Of a DNA stretch of 64,000 nucleotides, positions 1 to 12,700 are shown in pieces. Location of the stretch: assembly GCA_964035545.1 (NCBI GenBank), contig OZ037767.1, positions 27,668,628 to 27,732,627 on the forward strand. The letters run 5' to 3'. This DNA comes from Bugula neritina. Taxonomy: Eukaryota > Animalia > Bryozoa. Position numbers and translations under genes: made by a program. Position 1 is the stretch's first letter. Every line of letters begins with the position of its first letter. A model generated the notes under the pieces. The model saw only the letters and a program-made list of their open reading frames with translations, did no database searches and had not been told where the DNA came from.

Positions 1-168
1 TGTAATTAAACTTCTACTTTATATAATACTTGATAGTTTAGATTAACGCCATTTCTAAACATCAACAGCTGCGTTCAATTTGCTCACATTTATTGATATT
101 TATTGATTTCTTGCAATCAATCTTTATATGGGGATCAATATATTTGTTAACAGTTTAACTCATTGCAG

Positions 169-3100
169 ATTCTCCCAGCTCTGACATTCAGTGTTTGCTC
201 CAACACAGAACTCTACTCACTATAAACACCTTGCAAGCTGACATAAGTGATGATGATGGAGAAGGTGACAGTGAACACAACACTGTGTCCCCTACAAAAT
301 CATACCATCTAGATGAAATCAACAGCTCTTTCTTTGCTGTATCTCCAAGTGGTTCAGATAAGCAAACTTTTCAGCACACTAGTAATATTACAAAGGCTTT
401 GCCGACTGAGTCTATGTCAAGGTCATGTGAAAGCGAAGTAGATCTTCCTGTTGGGGCAAGAGCTGCTACACCTTCAGGGGAACACAATTCTATAAAGAGA
501 GAAGAGACTTTATATATAACTTCTCCTGAAAATGTGAAACTCTGGTACTTGAATGCTGAATATCAGAGAGAATGGGAGGTAATACAGTTTACTAAATATT
601 TTGTTATTATTACTGGTGTTATAAATCATAACCCTTCCGAGCCCGGAGGTTAGCAGAGCGTAACGCTGTTTCATGTTTTATGGAAAAATATAGGTAAATG
701 CCTTGCAATGTTAAATCTGTTTACCATTAATCTGCACTGTTCAACAAACAAATAAAGCAAAACAAGCAGCTGTTACTATTATTCCGCATGCAATGCCGTC
801 ATGAACCCGTTATGTGATAAATGTTAGGATCCAATATATAAAAACTGCTGGTCTGTTACTTTTGCCATCATTGAATCAACTGAAGTAAGATAGTATTAAC
901 TAAACTTAAGACAGTGCCGTTTTCATATATCATGGTTTGTTGGAGCTTTCAAATAGTTTGAGTTATTTACATACAGCAACTTGAAATCACATTTAAACCC
1001 CTGAACTAAAATGAATTCAAGACTTTTTTTTGAGGTTTTGTGGTTTGCGGTGGTTGTTCTACTTCTAAAATATCCTAAATATATCTCAAATATACTTGAT
1101 ATCCAGCTTAGAAACGCAATATTTCTCACAAACATTCTGTGTAGACAAGGAAGAAGTTTTGTCACTGAGTTCGGAGTTATCATGCTTCTTTTATCATAGA
1201 AAAGCACAATTCTAAAATTTATTGTCTTAGAGAAAGACTGCCTCTGATACAGCTTTGATGATATCTAAATTCAATGACATTGAAGCAAAATACTCCAACG
1301 AGTTGAATGAGTTGATACTGGAAGAAGCAGAAAGAAAGAAAGCTGAGCATGAGAGATACTCTGATGAGCTGGAGAAAAGGTGAATATCTTTCTATTGGTT
1401 TAAACTTTGATTTATGTCGTTGATCATGTGACTGGCCCCTGTCAACATTTTTCTCTGAAATTATGGTTAACTAATTTCTCCAGTTGTTAATTGCTACAAA
1501 TTACTACATATTGCTGAGCAATGATTAGCAAACGGTTAAAAAGTATTCGAATAAATTATTTCATATTTTTGTGTTGTCTTTTCAGCTATGAAATATATGA
1601 AGAAAAAAGAACTTTATTGGAAACTCAAACTAGAGAAGAAGATAAGGTGGGATGCAAAGTTTAGATTGTCACAAAAGTAATAGTACTGCAAGTCTTGTAC
1701 TTCTGTCGGTGACCGGATGTTCTTATTTTTGTAATTTATTTTTATAGAAAATTAGAAACTCTTTAATGCAAATAAAGAAAAAAAACATGATGGAGACAGT
1801 ACGTCTGCAACAAGAAGAGGCGGAGAGAGTTGAAAGGTAAGTATCTACAGGAAGTGAGGGTTGAGTATGCTACAGGTAAGTGACTACAGGAAGTGAGGGT
1901 TGAGCATGCTACAGGTAAGTATCTACAGGAAGTGAGGGCTAAGCATGCTACAGGTAAGTGACTACAGGAAGTGAGGACTGAGCATGCTACAGGTAAGTGA
2001 CTACAGGAAGTGAGGGCTAAGCATGCTAGAGGTAAGTATCTACAGGAAGTGAGGGTTGAGCATGCTACAGGTAAGTATCTACAGGAAGTGAGGGTTGAGC
2101 ATGCTACAGGTAAGTAACTACCACAAAAGGCTATATGTTGAGGAATGTTTCTGGCTATTACTACAACAAGAAGTTGGGCTGAAAACTTTTGTAGCTTATT
2201 TTTTAATTTTTTGCTATGATTATCCACAATCAGTATTTACTATACTACTTTATTAGTAGCTTTTTTAAAATGTAACCAACTGTTGTATTTCTTTCGGGAG
2301 AGGACAACTGAAAGCTTATTATGTTAGTGTCTTATGTTATGATGAAGATTGCTGTAACTGCTGGTTATGAAACGCCATATTGTTTTGTAGACAGAAAAAG
2401 GAGCGGGAGCAGATAGAGAAAGAACATAGAGAAATACTCAGTAAAATAGAAAAGAGTCACAAGATATTGTTGGAGCACTTGGACTCAGAGTTGTTTCAAG
2501 GACTGGACGGTCTGTTGCTTCACAATATTAGACATGCTTGAATTAGCTGCTTGCTATTCTACAACACTGCACTGTAATAGTTTGTATGAACTTTTCTTCC
2601 TGTCTTCTTTTTGTTTTTTATCTTACTTTTATCTTAATCCAAGCAAGTTGTGTCTGCTAAAATATTTTAGTTTTATTTTTGTGTTTGTTTTTAGTTACAA
2701 AGAGTTATGCGAATAAGGTGAAGGACACATGCAATATGATAATGGACAGGGTGAATAGTTGGCGTAAATTCTTCAGCAGAAGCTCTGTAACCAAGCTACA
2801 GGAGTGCTTGGATAACTTGCGCTACTGTATAGGTACGAGTGTCTTAAATCTACAAGTTGTATATTGATATGCAATACAGATATAGAACTCATGCTTAATG
2901 CTAGAGATCATGGTAAACCATTTAATATGTAGAGCTCATGGTAAATCTCTGTTAATGTTGAAGCTCATGGTAAATCAGGGTAGCTAGCAATCTATTTTAT
3001 GTATACTAACTTTGAAATTGTAAATTGAAGCATTTGGTCAACGCTTGGAATTTCTGTTCCTCTCAGATGGTGTCTCTAAACAAATGGAAGCTATCAAGAA

Positions 3101-6100
3101 GCACTCATCACAGCAAAGAAAGTTACAGGAGGAGCGTGCTCAGAGGCAGGAAGAGTTGAGACGGCAGAGTAATATCCAGTCTCAGCATGTGCCGAGACAG
3201 GGTCAATCTCAGATACCTGGTCAGTTACACGCAGACAGAATACATGTACCTACACAGCAACAGTTACACGCAGACAGAACACATGTACCTACACAGCAAC
3301 AGTCACACACAAACAGAGCAACACATGTACCTACACAGCAACAGTCACACACAGACAGAACACATGTACCTACACAGCAACCGTCACACGCAGACAGAGC
3401 AACACATGTACCTACACAGCAACAGTCACACACAGACAGAACACATGTACCTACACAGCAACAGTCACACACAGACAGAACACATGTACCTACACAGCAA
3501 CAGTCACACGCAGACAGAGCAACACATGTACCTACACAGCAACAAATAGGAACACCAGGAGCTAGATTGGAACCTAAGCCTCTTTCTGGTGAGGTTTATA
3601 CTTCACTCACCCACTTACTCACTCACTCACTCACTCACTCACTCACTCACTCACTCACTCAGGTTTATACTTACTAGTCTTTAAAATAACTTGTTTTTAT
3701 GTGGAAGGCATTTTTCAAGGTTGCTGGCTAACTTGATAAAAGCATCTGCAATTCATCTAAACATTTTCACAGTACAGTACAGATAGTGGGACTAATGAAG
3801 CTCTCATTTTATTGAGTCTCTACTTTTTCTCAATACCAATCAATCATTGTGCTGTGGAATATGGAGTTTATGCTTAGCATATTCAGGTTGAATAACAATA
3901 TTTTTCAATGATTGTCACAGCAAAATCAGACAGTTTTATTATAAATGATATTAGGTAGATTTGTTTGGTAGTGCTGTTAGGGTTATTTAATAGCAAGATG
4001 TTGTTTGTATTATGTTATAATAATGTGTGCTTTGGTGTCACCTAGATATTGGATGTCATCAGAATGACTTACTAGTATTCCTGAAGCTTAACGAGTTAGT
4101 CAAAGAGGCACAGAACGCTGGGACATCTCTCTCTTCGAACCCTCGTGTGAGTTTATGATGTGACCCAGTTGATGGTAGAAGAGCGTGCGAGTTTATAATG
4201 TGACCCGGTTATTAGTAGAAGAGAGTGCGAGTTTATAGTGTGACCCAGTTAATAGTAGAAGAGAGTGTGAGTTTATGATGTGACCCAGTTAATAGTAGAA
4301 GAGAGTGTGAGTTTATAATTTGACCCAGTTAATAGTAGAAGAGAGTGTGAGTTTAGAATGTGACCCAGTTAATAGTAGAAGAGAGTGTGAGTTTAGAATG
4401 TGACCCAGTTAATAGTAGAAGAGAGTGTGAGTTTATACTGTGACCCAGTTAATAGTAGAAGAGGGTCAGAATTTATATTGACTAGTTGTACATGTCTATT
4501 TATCAATTAGAGTAAATTCACATTAGGAATTATTATAACTTTAGTCATTTTAAAATAAGAAAGAGAAGGCTAATCCAATATCATACATACAGCAGATATT
4601 TTGACTAAATCTCTTACAGTTTTCTAATCGAACCATTTTGAAGTTGTGTTTACTTCATGTTTTTCTGTGTTTTTATTAGCTGATAGCGATCATATATATT
4701 TGCTAAAATAGTTTGAGTGAATTAAAAAAATTTAGCTTTGTTTTATAGACTAAGAAGTTGAGAATGGAGGTGCAGAAAGCTGTGTCCATCACTATAAACT
4801 CCATCTCAGATCAAAGTGTTACGCTGACCAAAGATAAGTTCCACACTTTGGTCAAGTTAATTAAGGGGGAGTCCATACAGATTGGTAGAGACACCCTATC
4901 TACTCATGGAAGTCCTGAAGCTATCTTGTTTTGCCAGAATCTGATTGCTAAGAAACTGGTTGTGAGTAGATTACAATGTCTTGGAGTTGTGTTATCTATC
5001 AGTCATGTCCACTAACATTAGTCGCATGGTTACGTACATACTCCATTCTATTAGCCTATAAGGATAACATATGCACATTTATAATTACGCTAATTACTGT
5101 ATTGGTATCACTCATGTTACCTGTGTTACCTGTAAATATTTACATAGCATTGATAATCTAATGCCAAGTTAATTATACTCATACTCATAAGTAAAGTCAT
5201 GTTGACTTACGTTCTACGTAGCTTAAGTCACATGCACCTTCATAGGTCAAGTCATGGACCTGAATGAGTTAAGTCATGCTGACTTATATTTATATCTCAG
5301 GAACAAGCGGATAGCCAAGTGTCCTCTAAGGCCACGACTGCGTCCCCCTATGCCGCTGTTATTATTAGCCTGATGAACTATAGTCCTCTGATGAAAGACC
5401 TGATACTCGCACACTTCTACATACAGTGCCCCTACCTCGTACCATACTATCCTGCTCGCCAAGAATCTCAGTCCGCTGAGGACTACTTCAGGTAGGCGTG
5501 TCTTGCTTTTGGCAGGTTATGAGCTCTACTGCAGGTAGATTTAGGTGCTCCAGAGCAAAGACTGCATTAAAATATCTCAAACTATTTGATGATATACATT
5601 TCATACTATAATGTTGCTTATACTATAATGCTGAATATTATAAACTATTTCAAAAAGGTAACTCAATGCTTCTCAACTTTTGACATGGCATTTGAGTCTC
5701 TGATTGATAGTATAAACTGGAGTGGTTTAGACTTGTATATTTCATTGTAGTTCTCTTGGATACAAAGTTTCCAGTTCTGGTGAAATTGAAGCCCAAGACT
5801 TGTTCATAAAGCGAATTCTGGGACTAACTAAGCTCTTTTCATCTTGCATGATAGCTAAAGCAGTGGATGGGACAGGAAATACCCGATTCGGTATAGACCA
5901 GGGGTGGGCGTGGCTGGCTAAGCTGGTCAACTTGCGACCCCACCCAGCTACCACGGCTACTGTTCTTGGTGGCTTTTTGGCAGTCTGCGGAAAGAAGTTC
6001 ACTGAAATATATGGGAGGCAAGCCTATAAACTGTTGAGGTTTCTGAAGATTCAGTATATTCCATTGATATGTGACATGGGGAGTGAAGGGGATGGCGGGG

Positions 6101-6147
6101 CAACTGAAAGATTGAAGTTGTCGCTGGATTCACTCATATCTCGTTAA
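169..6147 (+). CDS. GLE1: Nucleoporin/mRNA export factor GLE1, 5'-partial, spliced. Exons ~169-578, 1231-1379, 1586-1646, 1748-1836, 2391-2509, 2695-2832, 3067-3588, 4046-4146, 4749-4961, 5301-5491, 5751-6147
   Basis: GT-AG exons join in consistent phase. A charged coiled-coil region is followed by the GLE1 C-terminal domain (KKLRMEVQKAVSITINSIS, LIAKKLVEQADSQV, DLILAHFYIQCPYLVPYYP, SLGYKV..EAQDLFIKRILG, GWAWLAKLVNL..TATVLGGFLAVCG), collinear with vertebrate GLE1 as recalled. Confidence 0.92.
1837..2115 (+). repeat. 39-bp intronic minisatellite, 7 units, each beginning with GTAAGT
   Basis: Unit gtaagt(at/ga)ctacaggaagtgagggttgagcatgctacag at 1837, 1876, 1915, 1954, 1993, 2032 and 2071, with a final gtaagt at 2110. 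Confidence 0.97.
3222..3545 (+). repeat. Coding minisatellite (39/42-bp units, ~8 copies) encoding QSHTDR(A)THVPTQQ in GLE1
   Basis: Direct tandem repeat, in frame within exon 3067-3588. Confidence 0.93.
3604..3660. repeat. (TCAC)n microsatellite flanked by the direct repeat aggtttatactt
   Basis: Seen directly. The flanks are at 3592-3603 and 3661-3672. Confidence 0.9.
4147..4465 (+). repeat. 40-bp intronic minisatellite, 8 units, starting at the GTGAGT donor
   Basis: Unit gtgagtttatgatgtgacccagttaatagtagaagagagt with period 40 from 4147. Confidence 0.97.
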
Positions 6148-6720
6148 GAATTCTTTTGGAATACATCTCTTAGCACTTGTATAAATCTGGTAAAGAAATC
6201 TTGATTTGTGGTGAAATTAAGCATTGTGGTTCAACAATAATCGTCTTGAGAAGACTTGCCATTTGCTATAGTATGGCGTTTTTTTATAATATCTTTTTTG
6301 AAAAATATGGCTGCGTGTCTCTTTGCTTACCAATATTTTATTGACATCACATACAAATGACAATAAGGTTGACAAAAAGTTTTCTTTCTAAATTTTATAG
6401 CTTCATGCTCTATTAAAGTTTTATGATACAACTATATAATAGCAGCTGTCTATTTTTATTTATTTTTCTTTACTTTCTTCAACTTTTTCTTCTTTTTGCC
6501 TGTGAATAGGAGTAACCAGTTCGCTTTAAGGTTGTAAAATAAATCAAAGATTTATAGGTGAATATTTTGGATTTGTTTTGCAGAAATATTAAAAGAGAAC
6601 ACAGCTGATGAGTTATATTAAACTTGATGTAGGCTTATAAACCAACTGTTGATAGATTTAGAGTGAAAATATTCAAACATTATTGTTAATAAATAGCTTA
6701 ATTTTAATTTATGCTCTTAC

Positions 6721-9700
6721 TTAGTCATCTGAAAGCTTGCCTGTATTGTCCGTCCACCCTGATTCTGATATAGGTACTGCAACCGGCTCCTCCTCAACTT
6801 TCTCTTCTACTTTAGTTGGATGTTCACCAAAACTAGGGCTCAGCTTCGATGTGAATTGAAGTGAAGACTTGGCATTTTTATTCTCAAACACTTTTGGTTT
6901 CTTACTCTCATTTTTGGTAGCCTTGTTGGGTGTGGAAAGGCTTTGTTTTTTAGATTTCACTTTTGTTTTTTTCCTAATCTTAGGGATACCGTTTGCATTT
7001 TCGGTACTTTCAAATGACTTGGTTGATGTTTGCCCAAAATCTTCTACTATTATACTTGGCACTGAAAACCTTGGGATATTGTTGAAAGAGCTTCTATTAA
7101 TAGATAACTGGCTCTGTCTCTCTCCTATAAAGTCACTGGCATTAGATTCTATACTCTTACTGTCATTATCTACCTCATTGTCATCCTTTGCTTGAGGGCT
7201 ATGAGTATCTGTTTCACCCAGCTTCTCAGTAGCATCTGTAGAATATGATTTTTCTTTTGAACTTTCCTTTTTCTCTAGACTATCTGGGATTTTTCCATGT
7301 TTTGGGTTTAAAGTTGCCTCTGTGCTGTAGCTTCCTGATTTAGCTTTAATTGAGTTTCTGTGAATCTGACTTAGTGACTGCAGCTTCACAGAGTCATCTA
7401 AGGTTGAGTCATCTAGTGGATCCCACATTAGCTGTGTATCCACATTGAAGTTCAGCAACTCTTCTGATTCAGTCAGGGACTTCTTGCTATCACTGTGGAA
7501 TCGGACCTTACTTGTTTCTCTTGAACTTTCCTTGTAAAAGTTTTGCTTTGGTGGATTTTTAGTTTTGATTTGGCTGGTTTCTTCTTGTTTGGAAGTTAGT
7601 TCAGTTTGTGTTTCTATCTCCATTGGAAAGTCTGTTTGTACCATTGATGATGTTGTACGTAGAATTGGAATATTTGTCTGCACCGTAGACGTTGTAGTTT
7701 TCAGTGCTGGTAATGTTAGTCTATGACTCTTCAGTTTTTGTTTCTCATCAAATGATGTAGAAGAACGTAGCTTTACATCATCAAGAGAGGTTGATGTTCC
7801 AAACTGTTTGGATTTAGCCTCTTCTATTGTAAAAGAATCCATCTTCGGTTTCTGCGTTTGTTCTTGTTTAGTAGCTGCGTTGGCCTCAGCTTTGACAGGT
7901 ATGCTGATTTCTGGCGTTCTAGAAATTTCTAAATACTCTGCCGTGAGCGATGCTCTTATCCGGTCTAAAAACAAAAAAAATTCTTGTGAGTTTATAGTCG
8001 CCATCCCTGTGAGAAACCCCTGGTGGAACGGTTATTTTTTGCTAAATAGGGCTAAGGTATTATTCAGATGGGGCACAATAGCAATTATGAGTGGGTGCTC
8101 TTTCTAGCATCACCAATGGCCCTTGTCAGGGTTCAAACCCATGACTTCGTGTTTATTAAGTAAACGCTCTAACCCCTAGACCAGGGCTGCTCGATCTAAA
8201 AACAAAAAACATTTTCAAATTGCAATTCTTTTCCATACATGTTTTAATAATATGAGGTGTTGAACTAGTTTACTATAATATTGAAAGAAGTAATTAATCA
8301 ATTCAGAAAATACTTTATAGCCTCCAACAAGATAATATTATACTTTCATGGATATTGATATATTGTATATAAATTCGCATACCTTTGGTAGAGTAGTAGC
8401 TGCTGTGGGTTGAGCTAGTTGCTTTGGCTAGACTATTTATATCCAGCATTCTCGATGGCCCTTGAGATGGACTTGTGTCTTCCAGCGTAGCTCTCTTAGG
8501 TTGCTCTATCTCATCAAATCCTTGCTCTGATAAATTCATACAGTTACCAAGTGTCAACCGCTGATGAATTGCAGCAAACCATAAAGCCATTAAATTCATT
8601 CAAATATCTGCATCTATGCAAGCTGCATGTTACTTTGTATTTAGTGGTAACAAGCAAGATTGCACTTATAGGTATATGTTTTATTAACTGAAGAAAAATT
8701 GATAATATTTTGTAGTTCTAGTTTACCAGTTTTGAACTTTTCACCCTTCCGTTCATTATGCCAGGTAAAAGCTGCATATGCACCTATCATCTACAACACA
8801 AAGATGTTGAGCATTGTATTCCTACTAATAAATTATGTAATGTGATTAGAGAAGGTTATCTAAACAATATACTGGTCTATTGCCAGATTAGGCTCAGAAA
8901 AAGTGATTTTTTTTGACTAAGCAATAAAAATTATATTACTTTTGTTTAGCTACATAATATATTACTTCTTGTTTTTGGTTAAAAACTAGATAGAGCTACT
9001 TAATTTTTTTACTGTAAAAAGAATTATGACTCAAAGTGTTTTTATAAACTCTTACCATCATGGCGACTACACCTATGCTAGCTATCATTGGGATATATTT
9101 TCTCCAAGAAGTTGTGTCCTCTTCATCAGCAACCAGAAATTGTGCTACTCCAGCATATCTGCTTTCTGGAAAACAAAATGACTGAATTGCTTGCGCATGT
9201 TTTAAATGCTTGTCTACTTTTCTAATATAAAAATAGCAATAGAGACAGCAACTTCTATTATGTCATTTTATAATAGACTTCCCTAGATGTAGTTTTAAAA
9301 TGCATATATGTCTGATGTAGTTGTGAAATACCGCTGTCTCCGTAATCAAGGCTAGAAGCTGTAGATCTTAGAAACTCTGTTCCAGTAAAATAGTATGTTT
9401 TAGTTACATAACATATGATATAATTTATTCTGGATGTAATAATAACTTACTAACTAACATAGTTTATATTGGATATAATGGCAAAATCTCACTTAAGTCT
9501 TTTAAACAGCCAAAATTATTTTAACAAATCAACTGGATTTGTATAAAACATTGACAAGTAGGAAACAAACATCTTTCTGATTGCTAAGAATAAGTGTAAG
9601 CGTCCTACCTTCAAGGCATTGACCATTAGGAAACACCCAATTTAAAGTGTCGAATGAGCAAAAAGCATAAGTTGATCGCTTGCCATTGGCTAGAGTGGTA

Positions 9701-12700
9701 CCTTCTGGGCAACTACAAAGTCAATTGCATCTGTAATTAATAGAATTTTACAAGCTGCGACTTGTTATTTAGTTATTTCCTTTAGTTGCGCAGTTTAAAA
9801 TTTTTGTCCTTGTGCTGTAGCTTTTTCACACATCCAATAATTTCTTTTGTATGTGGCAAAGCGCCAGAGCACTTGAAAATAGTTCATCATGCAAAAGGCT
9901 GTGTTAGAAAAGCCAACAAACCTGAGCATCTTGCGAGAGAGCAACGGCCATCTTAATTTGTAAAAACTTGCATAATACTGAGGATCTGCGTATTCATAAC
10001 TTGGGTGAAGGTTTTCAGAAGAATTCTCAAACCCGGGAATATATCTTGGACACTGCACATCTGTTAACAGCAAATACATTCTATGTCATCATTCATTGCA
10101 ACATATTCGGTATGTTAATCCATAACAATGTATTATAACTCAAGTTAAAATTAATCACTGTAGATAGTAGTTTAAAGTTGAAAAAAGCTTTTTCAGTGAC
10201 TCAGCTACAGTAACTACATTTTATATGCCACAGAAAAACAAAAAAGAATATAACATGGCTCAGTAAAACCGTTTCATTGACTCTTCTTATCTAGTTTTTA
10301 GCAGAGTTTCAGCCAATCATGCGACTGCTTAGAACTTCATCTAAGGTATGTATAGTTGTGGCTACTTTAGAAAGTACATACACTATTAAACCACTAACTT
10401 GTGGTTTTTGAAATCAGCATGTTCAAATCAAACTTTAAATAAGGAGACACAAGTAATGGGGAAGTTTATTATATAAGGAAATGAGGACTATAATATAGGA
10501 ATAAGGAAATTATATACAATAAGGAATTTTCCATTATACCTACATATAATATAACGAATACTGATCAGCATCACATTAAACTCTTACATAGTTGAGTTCT
10601 TCATATACAAAAACTCTCTTACAACACACTTGGCATGAAACAGGTGAAAGTTTTATACGTCATCAAGGAATTTATTTAGGGCTGAAGCTAGTACACAGAG
10701 CAATATTGCCCTTTTTCCTAGCAGTTGAAGCAATTCATCCAAGAAAATCTGTTCTGTGTCACCGAGCACTAATAAAGTGTAACTTACAAACACACTTGTC
10801 GAAGGGAGTTGCCAACTCCCATTCACCACTAGTCATGCAGACTGCCGTTTGAGGTTTGGTGCGCCACTCTCTCTTTTCCAGGCACTCGTAACTCACAGTA
10901 TCTCCCCGAATCATTTCTCCCTGCACAGGTTGTGGTCTGGCATTCTTGAAGTCCGGAAAGTTGTTTGAACATTTGACAACTAGTAAATGCAATAGTATAG
11001 AAATTGATATGCAGTCAGATATCTTTTGAACATCTAATTTATAAAGCTTCATCAATAGATGCAAAAAAATTCATTATTTCCATAACTCTTGCGCACGTAT
11101 TATATTTCTTGGACAGTGATTTTAATAGCGATTGTGAAATATTGTATACATTGGTTAGATAATATATGATATCTTGCTACTAGCATAATATATAATATAT
11201 TGCATATTTAATTCAAACCTCTGTATGTTTACATATGAAGTGCATAAACTTATATTAACAGTAGATACTTGCTTACGATTATAACTAGAGTAAATAAACC
11301 TTTCCCATATATTGACAAAATAATGTAATTAGAGTAGGTATATTTACTGCACACTTACCTTTATTCATATCTAAGATAAATAATAATACACTTACTTGTA
11401 CACGTAACTAGTGTAGGTTTGCTGACATTTCCATCCCACTTCAGCGTATCCAAACACCTGTACTGAGGATAGGATTCACCAGCTGCTACACTTGATGGAA
11501 ACGCACACTCCAGCTGCATAGATTCTCCAACAAGATTCAACCCTGTCCAGATATAGCCAGCAGGTGGTTCTGGTGGTCTTACACACTTCTGATCCTCCAT
11601 ATCTAGTAATAGTAGCTAACCAAATTCAGCTTTTAACTGTTTACACAAAAGCTTTAGGCTTTTTAGTAGTGCTGATATAGGGTTTGTGAATTATGGTTAA
11701 AATATATTTAATATATATTTGCTATAAATCATTGCACTTGAAAAGCTATGAAGTTGTAAGTATATATCATAATAATAATTAGTTATACAATCAACATTTA
11801 CTTTAAGTAATAATAAATTATAAACTAAAATAATTATTTCTGGAAAGCTGTATGCTAGTTGGACATGACTATATTTCACAAATTTGCTTACTCTGTATAT
11901 GCAACCACAATCACATTAGACGTAATATTGCTTGTGCTAGTAAATTTTAACTATTTGGCATAGAAAACATAGAGTATAGCTTTTATAGATTATTCCACAG
12001 ATAAATTCTGCATAAATATCTACAAATTTCACGTGCATACTAACTAATAAATATGATATAATTACTATTACGCCTGCCTGCATTATAATTACGAGAGATA
12101 AAATGAGTTAACATGAAGTTTAACTGGCATAAACTAAGCAACCGAAACCCTTGTGCTGAAAGGTAGTACAAGACAATTGTTTTTTTTTAAATTTGGTCTG
12201 CTAAAAATTGTAAGCTGGTAGAGTTGTCTAATCATGGGTAAATAGATAACTTCTGTAATATATTTTACATGCTTTGTCTCTCCGCATATATTTTTAATAG
12301 TAGATAAATTAGATATTAAACTCCCTACAAATGAAAGTTTTTTTGGCAACTGTAAAAAAAGGAAAGCATAATTATGATGGGCTGAGACCTATAAGTCTGT
12401 CAACCAACTTACTGAAGGTGTCGAAATACTCTACATAGTGATTGGCATCGCTGCAATAGTCGTCTGCTACTTTATCTGTCTGCTGCCGGCCTCCTGCCAG
12501 ACAAGTTAACCTTTCTGATGTCACCATTCTCCCGTCATCACCCAGTCCTGTAACACATCTCTAAGCTCACCAGTATATCTAACATGAGAAACTCTGGTTG
12601 CTATCTCAATGCCCCCCCCCCCCCAGGAAAGAGTTTTTTATAAAGCAGATTGGCCTTCTTTTATGACAAAAGGGTAATTGTAACTGGATGCTCCTTAATA

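Noticed and set aside
1763-2227. Cys-rich minus-strand ORF
   Set aside because: It is the antisense translation of the 39-bp intronic minisatellite.
3187-3549. Alternative-frame His-rich ORF and antisense Cys-rich (metallothionein-like) ORF
   Set aside because: Both are shadows of the GLE1 coding repeat.
6721-8004. Stand-alone 427-aa single-exon gene
   Set aside because: Its ATG lies inside the SINE. A good acceptor at 7965 joins it in phase to the upstream receptor exons.
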